Shown here piece by piece: positions 28,328-37,851 of a stretch of DNA of 64,000 nt (position 1 is its first letter; each line of letters starts with the position of its first letter). Below the pieces are notes generated by a model. It was not told the DNA's origin and did not search any database. It saw only the letters and a list, made by a program, of their open reading frames with translations. The stretch comes from Dehalococcoidia bacterium (GTDB lineage Bacteria > Chloroflexota > Dehalococcoidia > DSTF01 > RBG-16-68-14). Position numbers and translations under genes: made by a program. The DNA lies in contig JBBEBM010000043.1 in NCBI GenBank assembly GCA_040882355.1, positions 1 through 64,000 on the forward strand, written 5' to 3'.

Positions 28328-30256
28328 CTAGCGCTCCAGCTCGTACTGCACGACCAGCTCTCGGTCTTCCTGCAGGTCCGTCTCGATCGCGCCCAGCGAT
28401 TCGATCGGCTCGCCGTCCAGCTCCGCGTTGCGCAGCGTCGCGCCCCGCGGCAGAGTCAGACGCAGCCGGAAGGGGATCGCCCCGGTACCCGACTGCTTTT
28501 GGATGTGCATCCGGTACTCTAGGTATCCGTCGCGCTCTTTGACGACGCCGGGCGTCTCGTACCGGAAGCGCAGCTCCGTCTCCTCGCCGCTAGCTAGCGC
28601 GAAGAAGCGACCGAAGACCGCCTTCTCCTGCTCCACGCCGGCCTCCTCAGGGCCCGCCTCCCGCCCATCCAGAGCGATCGATTCGAGGCGGCTGCCCAGC
28701 GGCGCCAGCATCCGGACGTAGCCGCCGTACAGCCCGCCCAGCATCAGGCGCCGCACCAGTTCTGGGTCGCGCCCTTGCTGCCAGACCGGAAGGTCGTTCC
28801 TGTACCAGACCGTCGCGTTGTGGCTTGCCGTGCCGTCCTCATCGATCTGGACGGCCATGTCGATGCGCTCGCTCAGCGCGATGTTCAGCTTCGTGCTGTT
28901 CACGCTCGCGTCGACGAGCATGAAGTAGTCGCCTTCTCCGCCATCCAAAGCCCCGTCCAGCCCCAGGCGCGCTGCCGACTCCTGCGTCCGGGCGTCGTGA
29001 GAAAAGATCAGCACCTGACGTTCGTCTCGCAGGCGCGCCATCGCTTCCACCAGCGGTGTCCATTGCTCCGACGACGCGTGCGTGAGGCGCGACAGCAGCT
29101 CGTCCGCCAGCACGCCCACGAACGCCTTGCGGTCCGTCGTTGCGTCGTCCGCGCTCCGTGTGTGCTCCTCAATCACGTCGATGGCGTTGTTCGCGCTCAC
29201 AGTGATGCCCTCGACCGTGATCGGGCCCGTCACGCGCAGCAGCTCTTCGATCGTGCGCACGTTGAAGGCGATCACCCCGTCCACCGGCTCCCCGCCCGCC
29301 AGGCGGTAAAAGCGCTCCGCCTCCCGCGCCGCCGTCGGGTAGTCCGGCGACCAGTTCGAGACAGCAAGATTCCAGCTCATCTCGCGCAGCAGATGCCGCC
29401 GAAGCGGCTCGGGCGGTTCCACATACGCATCGGTGCGGTCCAGCCAGCGGCCACCGTAGCTCACGGCGTCCTCGAAGCGCTTGTCGACGATCCGTCCGTC
29501 ATCAATCGTCACTACGCCGTACACAGAGATCAGGCCGCCCGTCGGCATGAGCTCCGCGTTGTTCTGGGCCAGCAACAGGTAAGTCCGCCGGCCGTGAAAG
29601 CCCAGGAATTCAGGCACAAATGCAGAGAGGTTCTCATAGGTCGTCACCAGTTCGTCCAGCCTCGCCAGATCGTCATCCATCTCAGCAACCGCGCTCGCGA
29701 ACGGCGGCGGCAGGGGTGCGCCCGTCAGCTCGTTTCGGCGCGCCTTCATCCTGTGGAGCCGCTCCCTGATGGCGCTCATCGAAGGCTCGATCTCTTCCAG
29801 CAGTTCATCTACCCCCTCCGTCAGCGCGCCTTCACGCTCGTCGCGGGACTGGCGATACGTCTGTCCGACCGCGACGGCGTCGTGACCCATTCCAGCCCCC
29901 TCCTCGCCCAGCTCCAGGAGGCCGGTCGTCGCTTCGAACGACGCGCCGACCAGCGGCAGGTGCGCGCCCGCGCGCACCAACGGATCGTCCAACGTCCCGC
30001 GCGCATCCGCGAAGTCTCGTTCCGCCTCATCGAGCAGCGCATCCGCCTGGTCCAGGTCGGCTTCACTCGCATCGAGCCCGCGATCGTCGAGCAACGCCTG
30101 CGCTTCCTGCAACTGATCGCGCGCCTCCAGCGCGTTTCTATAGGCGGGGTAGTATCGGGCGATGGCGGCGACGACCACGAGGGCGAGCCCGACGACGCTC
30201 ACTGCGAGAATTAGCCAGCGCCGGTGTCCTCGCGTCAGCCGCCGCCGCCATCGCAT
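28328..30256 (-). CDS. DUF4012 domain membrane-anchored protein
   Basis: N-terminal TM, helical region, then YLLLAQNNAELMPTGG, NWSPDYP, VDGVIA. Confidence 0.88.
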   Translation of the reverse strand: MRWRRRLTRGHRRWLILAVSVVGLALVVVAAIARYYPAYRNALEARDQLQEAQALLDDRGLDASEADLDQADALLDEAERDFADARGTLDDPLVRAGAHLPLVGASFEATTGLLELGEEGAGMGHDAVAVGQTYRQSRDEREGALTEGVDELLEEIEPSMSAIRERLHRMKARRNELTGAPLPPPFASAVAEMDDDLARLDELVTTYENLSAFVPEFLGFHGRRTYLLLAQNNAELMPTGGLISVYGVVTIDDGRIVDKRFEDAVSYGGRWLDRTDAYVEPPEPLRRHLLREMSWNLAVSNWSPDYPTAAREAERFYRLAGGEPVDGVIAFNVRTIEELLRVTGPITVEGITVSANNAIDVIEEHTRSADDATTDRKAFVGVLADELLSRLTHASSEQWTPLVEAMARLRDERQVLIFSHDARTQESAARLGLDGALDGGEGDYFMLVDASVNSTKLNIALSERIDMAVQIDEDGTASHNATVWYRNDLPVWQQGRDPELVRRLMLGGLYGGYVRMLAPLGSRLESIALDGREAGPEEAGVEQEKAVFGRFFALASGEETELRFRYETPGVVKERDGYLEYRMHIQKQSGTGAIPFRLRLTLPRGATLRNAELDGEPIESLGAIETDLQEDRELVVQYELER

Positions 30257-30261
30257 GCCCG

Positions 30262-30804
30262 CTACGTCTTCGCCTTCGCCCGCCGCCAGGCGATCGCCAT
30301 GCCGCTCAGCGCGACCGCTGCGCCCGCCGCGATCAGCGCCCAGAACGCCCACGCCGTGCCGCTCTCACTGCCCCCGGTGCCCGTGCTGGGCAGCGAGGCG
30401 GGTGGGGCGGCTTCGCCCGCGACCAGACTCACCTCCGCCGAGAGCGTGCCGCAGGTCGCTTCCACCACAATCGTGCCCGCGGTGGCGCCGGTGCTCAACG
30501 TCGTCGAGACGTTGCCGTCGGCGTCAGTGGTGAAGGGCCCGGGGTCGACCTCAGCGTCGGTGCCCGGCTGATCAGTTACGGCAAACGTGCAGTCCACGCC
30601 GGCCGCCGCGTCGCCGTTCTCGTCTTGAATGACCGCACTCACCAGCACGTCGGAGTTCAGGTCCGGCGTGCCGTCCGCCGAGGTGAGCACCAGGCTTCCG
30701 TTGGGTGGCGGATACTGCGCCCCGGCCTGTCCCAGCAGACCAAGGGCCAGCACCGCACCCAGGCCGATCGCCATCAGCCATGTCTTCGTCCTTCCCAAGT
30801 TCAT
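30262..30804 (-). CDS. Secreted Ig-like (Big_1-type) protein with LPSTG sorting signal
   Basis: Signal peptide ...AGAQYPP; TTDADG; LPSTG + TM + WRRAKAKT. Confidence 0.85.
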   Translation of the reverse strand: MNLGRTKTWLMAIGLGAVLALGLLGQAGAQYPPPNGSLVLTSADGTPDLNSDVLVSAVIQDENGDAAAGVDCTFAVTDQPGTDAEVDPGPFTTDADGNVSTTLSTGATAGTIVVEATCGTLSAEVSLVAGEAAPPASLPSTGTGGSESGTAWAFWALIAAGAAVALSGMAIAWRRAKAKT

Positions 30805-30895
30805 GTTGCTACTCCTTCCGAGAGGTCTCGATCGTTCCTTTCGCATCGCTCTGCCGGCGGGCTGCGGCAGAACGAGTGCCCGTACCGTTGGCCGC

Positions 30896-31036
30896 TCATG
30901 CGGACTTCGTCGTCCCTAGCGGCGCTTCCCGCGCCTCGGGTGCCGGCGGCGCCTCTTGCCAGAGCAGCCTGGCGCCGAACAGCGCAAGCGCCGCCAACAA
31001 CGCCGCGGACGCCGTCAGCGGCACGGCCTTACGCAT
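30896..31036 (-). CDS. Small (46 aa) single-TM protein, below the ORF-track cutoff
   Basis: MRKAVPLTASAALLAALALFGARLLWQEAPPAPEAREAPLGTTKSA*; GGAG RBS; overlaps the wzc stop. Confidence 0.6.
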   Translation of the reverse strand: MRKAVPLTASAALLAALALFGARLLWQEAPPAPEAREAPLGTTKSA

Positions 31037-32456
31037 AGCTCCGACTTTCCGCTGCCGTCCGCCTTGACTTGCGCCGCCACGGCAACCGCGCGCCGCGGCC
31101 CTTCGTGCCGTCGTCCGCCGCGTAGTAGTTGTAGGAGTAGTAGTAGCCGCGGCCGCGCTCCGTCAGCTTGTTGAGCACCGCGCCCAACACCCGTGTCTTC
31201 GAGCGGCTCAGCGCCTCCTGCGCGCGCTGGAGGGCGTGCCCGCGCGTGCGCCCCGCATCCACTACCAGTATCGCGCCGTCCACCTTCCCCGCGAGAATGC
31301 TCGCGTCCGCCACGGCCAGCGCCGGCGGACTGTCGAAGATCACCACGTCTGCCTGCTTGCGCAGCGCTTCGATCACCGTGTCCAGCCTGCGCGAGCTGAG
31401 CAGCTCGGATGGATTGGGCGGCAGCGGCCCGCTGGTCATCACCGAGAGGTTCTCGAACGGCGTAGTTTGCAGGAAGCCGGCCAGCGCCTGCTCGCGCGCG
31501 AGCAGCGCGTTGGTGAGGCCGCTCTGGTTCGGAAGCGAGAAGATCCGGTGTAGCGACGGCCGCCGCAGGTCCGCATCGACGACGACCACACGCTGCCCCG
31601 TCTGCGCCATAGCGATCGCGAGGTTGGCGGTCGTCGTCGTCTTGCCCTCGCCCGGACTCGCGCTCGAGACGAGCATCACTTGAGCCGGCTGGTCGACAGT
31701 GCTGAACTGCACGTTCGTGCGCAGCACCTTGTACGCCTCGGCCGCCGCCGTCCGGCGCGTGGACGCGGCAATCAGGGGCTCGATCGTGCCGCGCCGGCGC
31801 GGGAAGCGCGCCACGCCGCCCAAAGTCGCCAGGCCCCCGGCGGCAACCTCCACGTCCTCCGGCGTCTTTACCGTGTCGTCCAGGTATTCGTAGAGCAGCG
31901 CGGCGGCGGCCGCGAGCAGCAGCCCGGCGAACGCGCCGAGGAGCGTATTCATCGTCGTCCGCGGCGAAATAGGCGCCCCTGGCGACACCGCCGGCTCGAC
32001 AATGCTCACGCTGCCGGAGCGGGTGAGCTGGTCCTCCTGGTTGACTTCGATGAACGCTCGCGCGCTGGCGTTCGCCAGACGGCGTGCCAGGATAGGGTCC
32101 GAGTCCTCAACCGAGAGGCGCAGGAGCTGCGTGTCGCGCACGACCTCCACACCGATCATCGATGCGAGCTCGTCCGGCCCGATGTCGATGCCGAGATCGG
32201 CGATCACCTCTTCCAGCACGGGACGTTTCGTGATCAGTTCACTGTATGTCTTGGTCAGCCGTTCGCTGGTCAGGATGTCGTTGTAGGCAATGGTCCCGGG
32301 CGTCTGGGTCTGGTTGACCAGCAGGGTCGCGCTGGTGCTGTACACCGGCGTCATGAGCTGGCTGATCCCCCAGGCGGTTCCGGCGCCAACGAGCAGCCCC
32401 ACCAACATCAGCCACCACCATCGCCGGGCCAGTCGCAGATAACGAGCAAGTTCCAA
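31029..32456 (-). CDS. Polysaccharide co-polymerase/BY tyrosine autokinase (fused CapA-CapB / Wzc-like)
   Basis: PVYSTSATL, Walker A PGEGKTT, VDADLRRP, FDSPP, Tyr cluster GYYYSYNYY; TTG start after GGAGGAGG. Confidence 0.93.
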   Translation of the reverse strand: MELARYLRLARRWWWLMLVGLLVGAGTAWGISQLMTPVYSTSATLLVNQTQTPGTIAYNDILTSERLTKTYSELITKRPVLEEVIADLGIDIGPDELASMIGVEVVRDTQLLRLSVEDSDPILARRLANASARAFIEVNQEDQLTRSGSVSIVEPAVSPGAPISPRTTMNTLLGAFAGLLLAAAAALLYEYLDDTVKTPEDVEVAAGGLATLGGVARFPRRRGTIEPLIAASTRRTAAAEAYKVLRTNVQFSTVDQPAQVMLVSSASPGEGKTTTTANLAIAMAQTGQRVVVVDADLRRPSLHRIFSLPNQSGLTNALLAREQALAGFLQTTPFENLSVMTSGPLPPNPSELLSSRRLDTVIEALRKQADVVIFDSPPALAVADASILAGKVDGAILVVDAGRTRGHALQRAQEALSRSKTRVLGAVLNKLTERGRGYYYSYNYYAADDGTKGRGARLPWRRKSRRTAAESRSYA

Positions 32457-32902
32457 GGATCCCTCCTCCAAGAATCGATGCGTGCGTATCACATCCATCG
32501 TCGTCGAGCGGCGGGAGCGCGTCAATCGGCGCCGCTGCTTAGGCGCGCTCCCTGGAGAAGCGCCGTAAACGCCTGAGAACAGACGTGGTTCCCTCCGTAG
32601 GGGAGCGGTGGAATCGACGTAGGAAGCGCCCGTTCAAAGCCGCCGCTGCGGGCGCGTGCTCTATCGAAAGGTCAGCCCTCCAGATCCCCGACACGAGCCC
32701 TCGCCGTCAGCGGGTCCGCGCCTGGTACCCTCGCGGCCCGCCTCGACCGTTCGACTCCTAGTGGCGCCTTAGGCGGAGGGGCAGCGCCGCGTTGGTGCCC
32801 TCCACACCATCGTCTCGGCGTCCTCGCCGGGCTGATGCGGTAGCCTTCCTCATGGTCAGCCTCCTGGCACACGTGACACACTGATCGGGAGGAGGTCCCG
32901 CC

Positions 32903-33616
32903 ATGGCTGAGACCGCAACGAGTGACCGTGTACGAATTCTCATCGCGGATGGCGCCGAGCTCGTCCGCCGAGGCATCCGCGACGTCATCGGGCACAACCG
33001 CAGCTTCACCGTCGTTGGTGAGAGCGCCCAGCACGACGTCATCCCGGAACTGTGCCTGGAGCACGCGCCGGACATCATTTTCCTGGGCATGACCTGGTCG
33101 GATGATGCCGCCGCGGACAAGGCCCCGGGCCTCGCTGCCCTGCGGCGCACGCTCCGGCTCGACCCCTTCGCTCGCATCGTCGTGCTCATCGACGACGATA
33201 GCGTGAGCGATCTCCTCGACGCGATCCGCAGCGGGGCGCGAGGCGTCCTCCTGCGCGACGCGCCGGCCAACATCCTCCTCCAGGCCACCCGCGACATCAT
33301 CGCCGGTGGCTGCTCGCTCGATCCTCGCCTCGCCCGCCGGCTCTTCGAGTCGCTCGCCTCAAACGGCGACGCAGCCCTGGCCGGCGCCTGGCCCAGCCTG
33401 GACGTTGGCGTGCTCCGCTCACTCAGCCCACGCGAGCAGGAGGTGCTCCGGCTGCTCGCTCAGGGCTGCCGCAACAAGGAGATCGCGCGAGACCTGGGCG
33501 TAAGCATCGGCACCGTCAAGACCCATCTGCGGCACATCTTCCGCAAGCTCAAGGTCTACGACCGCACCACCGCCGTCCTCACCGTGCTCCAGAGCCGCCA
33601 CCTGGACGCCGCCTAA
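32903..33616 (+). CDS. NarL/LuxR-family regulator with atypical receiver domain
   Basis: LSPREQEVL...NKEIA...TVKTH HTH; receiver ILIADG, PDIIFLG, GVLLRD. Confidence 0.9.
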   Translation: MAETATSDRVRILIADGAELVRRGIRDVIGHNRSFTVVGESAQHDVIPELCLEHAPDIIFLGMTWSDDAAADKAPGLAALRRTLRLDPFARIVVLIDDDSVSDLLDAIRSGARGVLLRDAPANILLQATRDIIAGGCSLDPRLARRLFESLASNGDAALAGAWPSLDVGVLRSLSPREQEVLRLLAQGCRNKEIARDLGVSIGTVKTHLRHIFRKLKVYDRTTAVLTVLQSRHLDAA

Positions 33617-33623
33617 GCGAGAC

Positions 33624-33756
33624 TGTCATGCTGAGCGCAAGCGAAGCACCTGGCCCTCCGCCGAGGCGCCGCGCGCCGTCGCCCGGACCCACGCGATTCT
33701 CTCTATCATCATGCTGAGCCCATCACTTCGCTCAGCGTAAACTCCGCGACGAATCT
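33624..33756. repeat. Two copies of a palindromic (G)TCATGCTGAGC...GAAGCA REP-like element
   Basis: tgtcatgctgagcgcaagcgaagcacctgg and tcatgctgagcccatcacttcgctcagcgtaaactcc; related copies at 46315, 49203, 56356. Confidence 0.75.
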
Positions 33757-33807
33757 TGCGTCTCCCTCCGCACAACGCGGCCCGTGGCCGCAGGCCGGCC
33801 CCGAGCG

Positions 33808-33833
33808 CCATCCGCTTATCCGTTTCCTATCCG
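33808..33833. repeat. ATCCG tandem motif
   Basis: ccatccgcttatccgtttcctatccg; related arrays at 46372-46433 and 49162-49278. Confidence 0.75.
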
Positions 33834-33845
33834 GTGACCGCCTCC

Positions 33846-33875
33846 TTGACCCCTGCCACGAAGCGTCCGTATGCT
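33846..33875 (+). promoter_or_regulatory. Sigma70-type promoter of proS (near-leaderless)
   Basis: TTGACC-N18-TATGCT, 9 nt before the ATG. Confidence 0.6.
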
Positions 33876-33884
33876 CCAAACAGG

Positions 33885-35603
33885 ATGCGCCTCTCACACC
33901 TCCTCTCTCGCACCCTCCGCCAGGCCCCCGCCGAAGCGGAGACGGCCAGCCACCAGCTCCTCCTTCGGGCCGGCCTGGCGCAGCAGTTCGCTGCCGGCAT
34001 CTACGGCTTCCTGCCGCTGGGCTGGCGCGCCGTCCGCAAGATCGAGCAGATAATCCGCGAAGAGATGGACGCCGTCGGCGGGCAGGAGGTGCGCACGCCC
34101 ATTCTCCAGCCAGCCGAACTCTGGGAGGAGTCGGGCCGCCGCGACACCTACGACCCGCCGCTGCTCGTCGTCAAGGACCGCCGCGACCGCGAGCTCGTCC
34201 TCGGTCCGACGCACGAAGAGGCGATTACCGACCTCTTCCGCCAGCAGGTGCAGAGCTATCGGGAGCTGCCCGTGCTCCCCTATCAGATCCAGTCCAAGTT
34301 CCGGAACGAGGTGCGCTCCCGCGGCGGCCTCGTCCGCCTGCGCGAGTTCATCATGAAGGACATGTACTCGTTCGACGCGGACTGGGCGGGCCTCGACAAG
34401 ACCTACGACGCCCTCGCCCAGGCGTACAAGAACGTCTTCGAGCGCTGCGGTGTCCCTGTCGTCCCAGCCCATGCCGACTCCGGCTCGATCGGCGGCAAGG
34501 ACAGCCAGGAGTTCCAGTTCCTCACCGACACCGGCGATAACCACGTCGTCATCTGCGAGCGTTGCGGTTACGCCGCGAACGACGAGAAGGCCGACCACAA
34601 GAAGATCGACCTCCCGCCCGAGGAGCCGCTCCCTGTCGAAGAGGTCGCGACGCCCGGCATCAAGACCATCGATGAGCTGGCGACGTTCCTCGGCGTGCCC
34701 CACGCGAAAACGCTCAAGGCCGTCTTCTACTCCGCCTCGAAGGAGCCCGTCTTCGTCGCCATCCGCGGCGACCTCGAGGTGAACGAGACGAAGCTGCGCA
34801 ACGCCCTCGACGGCGCCGACCTGCGCCTCCTCGACGACCGCGAGGTCGCAGCCGTCGGCCTCGTCGCTGGCTCCGCATCGCCCGTAGGGCTGAAGGACCT
34901 CGCGCGAAAGCCCGTGCGCATCGTCGCCGACGATTCCGTCCTTGAGGCGCACAACCTCGTCGCCGGCGCGAACAAGCCCGACACCCACCTCCGCAACGTC
35001 AACTACGGCCGCGACTGGCAGGCCGACATCGTCGCCGAGATCTCCCTCGCGCGTGAGGGCGACGCCTGCCCCCAGTGCCACGAGGGCGTCCTCACCATGC
35101 AGCGCGGCATCGAGGTCGGCCACATCTTCAAGCTGGGCACCGTCTACACCGAGAAGCTCGGCGCCACCTTCCTCGATGCCGAAGGCCAGCAGCGCCCGGC
35201 GGTCATGGGTTGTTACGGCATCGGCCTCGACCGTCTGCTCGCCTCCGTCATCGAAGCGAACCACGACGAGCGCGGCATCGTCTGGCCCGCCAGCGTCGCA
35301 CCCTTCGCCGTCCACCTCGTCGCCCTCAGCCCCGACCGCGCCGACGTGCGCGAGACCGCAGAGCGCCTCTACACCGAGCTCACCGATCGCGGCATCGACG
35401 TCCTCTTCGACGACCGCGACGAGTCGCCCGGCGTCAAGTTCGCCGACGCCGACCTCCTGGGCATGCCCCTCCGCGTCACCGTCAGCCCCCGCACGCTCAA
35501 GGAGTCCTCCATCGAGCTCAAGCGCCGTTCAGACCCGGAGACGACGCTGGTGCCGCTTGAGCGGGTAGTCGAACAGATCGCGACGCTGCACGGCCGTACC
35601 TAG
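33885..35603 (+). CDS. proS: Proline--tRNA ligase with editing insert
   Basis: SHQLLLRAG, LGPTHEE, REFIMKDMYSF, GIEVGHIFKLG, MGCYGIG. Confidence 0.98.
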   Translation: MRLSHLLSRTLRQAPAEAETASHQLLLRAGLAQQFAAGIYGFLPLGWRAVRKIEQIIREEMDAVGGQEVRTPILQPAELWEESGRRDTYDPPLLVVKDRRDRELVLGPTHEEAITDLFRQQVQSYRELPVLPYQIQSKFRNEVRSRGGLVRLREFIMKDMYSFDADWAGLDKTYDALAQAYKNVFERCGVPVVPAHADSGSIGGKDSQEFQFLTDTGDNHVVICERCGYAANDEKADHKKIDLPPEEPLPVEEVATPGIKTIDELATFLGVPHAKTLKAVFYSASKEPVFVAIRGDLEVNETKLRNALDGADLRLLDDREVAAVGLVAGSASPVGLKDLARKPVRIVADDSVLEAHNLVAGANKPDTHLRNVNYGRDWQADIVAEISLAREGDACPQCHEGVLTMQRGIEVGHIFKLGTVYTEKLGATFLDAEGQQRPAVMGCYGIGLDRLLASVIEANHDERGIVWPASVAPFAVHLVALSPDRADVRETAERLYTELTDRGIDVLFDDRDESPGVKFADADLLGMPLRVTVSPRTLKESSIELKRRSDPETTLVPLERVVEQIATLHGRT

Positions 35604-35625
35604 CGGCGACATCCGGTCGCCGCTA
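35601..35625 (+). terminator. Hairpin after proS
   Basis: TAGCGGCGAC-atccg-GTCGCCGCTA perfect 10-bp stem; no U-tract. Confidence 0.4.
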
Positions 35626-35739
35626 ACGCTGCGACGGCGAGTCTGTCCTCGAGGCTGTCCTCATCCTCAACCGCCGACCTGCCTCCAGCACCAGGCTCAC
35701 CCACAAGTCGGAGTGCTACAATCCCCCGAAGGAGTTCCT

Positions 35740-37839
35740 ATGTCGTCGACGTCCCCGGCTTCTCACCCAGACGGCCCGCGAACGCTCTGGACGCAGCTCC
35801 GCGACAGCGTCCCGATCCCGGCCGGCGTGCTTGCTCGCGGTCGCGCCCTCGAGGAGGGCCGTCACCCTACGCTGACCGAACTCCGCGAGGCCCTCGGGCT
35901 CGACCTCGAACTCTCCGCGGCGTGGGGCGCTGCTCGCAAGTCGGCGTCACAGCTGGGCGCGGTCCCGAGCGATGATGACCTGTCGACCTTGCTCGACGCC
36001 ATGTACGGCGCGCTGTCGTCCGCGCGCCTGGTCCGGGCGACGCTGACCGACGAAGGCCTCCACCTTCTGCCAGCGACCGCGCCCCTCCGTGTGAGGGAAG
36101 GAGAACGGCTGGCGCTCTTCGTCTTCTTCGACAATGTGACGGCCACCGAGATCGAGTTCGCTGCCGAGGCGCCGGGACGGCGGGTTGGCGGCCGTGTGGA
36201 GCCGCGCAGAACGCGGTCGGTGCTCCTCCCCATCGAGACCTTGCCCGCGGGCGAGCAACTCGTCCAACTGACCATCGTCGCCGGCGAGCGCACCGTCAAC
36301 CATGGCGTGAGGGTGGAGTGCGCTCCTTCCGGCGAGCTTGCAGTCGAGATCCTCAATGACAACACCGGCAGCCCGGTCGCCGCGAGAGTGTATCTCTCCG
36401 ACGATCTGGGCGAGGTCCGGGCGAACGGCGCCATGCTGCGGCGCGATCAACACGGGAGGGCGTTCTTCCACGCCGACGGGGCTTTCAGCGCGCGCATTTG
36501 CGGCAGCGCGCGGCTCTTGGTGATGCGCGGCCTGGAGTATGAGCCGCTGGACGAACGCCTGGTCGTCGCGCCGGGCAGTGAGACCTCGGCGACGGTCCGT
36601 CTAAAGCGTTGGGCGCACATAGCCGCTGAGGGCTGGCAGAGCGGTGATGTCCACGTCCACCTCCACTACGGCGGCGAGTACCTGCTTAGGCCCCAAGACG
36701 CGTCCCTGGCTCAGCGGGCGGAGGACGTGCATTTCATGAACATGATGGTGGCCAACCAGGGCAGCGGCTTCGTCCATGACGAGGGCTTCTTCGAGGGCGC
36801 TCCGCACGAACTCAGCGATTCGAATCATATTCTGCGCTGGGGAGAGGAGTACCGCAACGACTTCTACGGCCACATGTGCATGTTTGGTATCGCGGAGCTC
36901 GTGCCGCCTATCTACAGCGGATTCCGCTTGAGCGAGCATCCGCACGACTTGCCGGCCAACGCGGATGCCGCGGCGCACTGCCACACGGTCGGCGGAACCC
37001 TGAGTTACGCGCACCCTCTGTTCGGAAGCACTGACCTTGACCGCGTGTTCGCTCGCGCCCGCACCGTCGAGGCGAAAGAGCTGCCGGTCGACGCCGCCCT
37101 GGGAAGGGTGGACGCCTTAGACGTTATGTCGTACCCGGGCGTCGACCTGGAAACGGCTGATCTCTGGTATCGTCTCTTGAACTGCGGCCTGCGACTGCCG
37201 GCGACAGCGGGCACGGATACGTTCATGAATGTGGCCGCTGGTGGCGTCTTCAGCAATCCCCCGGCGGGGAACCGAGTCTTCGTCCGCGTCGACGGCAACT
37301 TCACAACCGAGTCGTGGTGCGAGGGCGTGAGGCAGGGCCGTACCTTTGTCACGAACGGACCGATCCTGCGTCTGAAGGTTGCCGGACACGACATTGGGGA
37401 GACCATCGATGCCCAGCCCGGGGAAGGTCTGGCCGTCGAGGCCGAGGCCGAGTCGTTCGCCCCGATGGAGCGCATCGAATTAATCGTGAACGGTCGAATC
37501 GTCGCTTCCGCCGAAGCGTTCTCAGGCGGACGAGCAGCGACGCTTCGGTACAACCTGTCCGTGCGTGAGACGTGCTGGCTGGCGCTCCGAGCCATCGGGC
37601 CGGCGGACCCGCTCGTCCTGGGAGGCGATCTCTTCGCCCATTCCAGCCCCATCTACGTCACGGTACGTGATACGCCACTTCCCTGCGCCGAAGACGCGGC
37701 ATACTTTGTCGAGTGGATCGAGCGGCTGATAGCGATGGTGCAGGAGCATGGCAACTACCCGAACGAGGCCGACCGCGACAAGGTCATTGCCCTCTTTCGC
37801 ACTGGACAGGACTATTACCGGCGCCTCGCCGCAACATAG
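35740..37839 (+). CDS. CehA/McbA-family PHP-like metallohydrolase
   Basis: GDVHVH, WGEEYR, YGH, YAHP, WYRLLNCG, AGTD, GRTFVTNGP, AHSSPIY. Confidence 0.82.
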   Translation: MSSTSPASHPDGPRTLWTQLRDSVPIPAGVLARGRALEEGRHPTLTELREALGLDLELSAAWGAARKSASQLGAVPSDDDLSTLLDAMYGALSSARLVRATLTDEGLHLLPATAPLRVREGERLALFVFFDNVTATEIEFAAEAPGRRVGGRVEPRRTRSVLLPIETLPAGEQLVQLTIVAGERTVNHGVRVECAPSGELAVEILNDNTGSPVAARVYLSDDLGEVRANGAMLRRDQHGRAFFHADGAFSARICGSARLLVMRGLEYEPLDERLVVAPGSETSATVRLKRWAHIAAEGWQSGDVHVHLHYGGEYLLRPQDASLAQRAEDVHFMNMMVANQGSGFVHDEGFFEGAPHELSDSNHILRWGEEYRNDFYGHMCMFGIAELVPPIYSGFRLSEHPHDLPANADAAAHCHTVGGTLSYAHPLFGSTDLDRVFARARTVEAKELPVDAALGRVDALDVMSYPGVDLETADLWYRLLNCGLRLPATAGTDTFMNVAAGGVFSNPPAGNRVFVRVDGNFTTESWCEGVRQGRTFVTNGPILRLKVAGHDIGETIDAQPGEGLAVEAEAESFAPMERIELIVNGRIVASAEAFSGGRAATLRYNLSVRETCWLALRAIGPADPLVLGGDLFAHSSPIYVTVRDTPLPCAEDAAYFVEWIERLIAMVQEHGNYPNEADRDKVIALFRTGQDYYRRLAAT

Positions 37840-37851
37840 TCCTGCCGCCGC

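Noticed and set aside
33617..33884. T-box riboswitch upstream of proS/lysS/alaS
   Set aside because: No T-box GGTGG-ACC consensus or terminator seen, and the promoters lie immediately before the start codons
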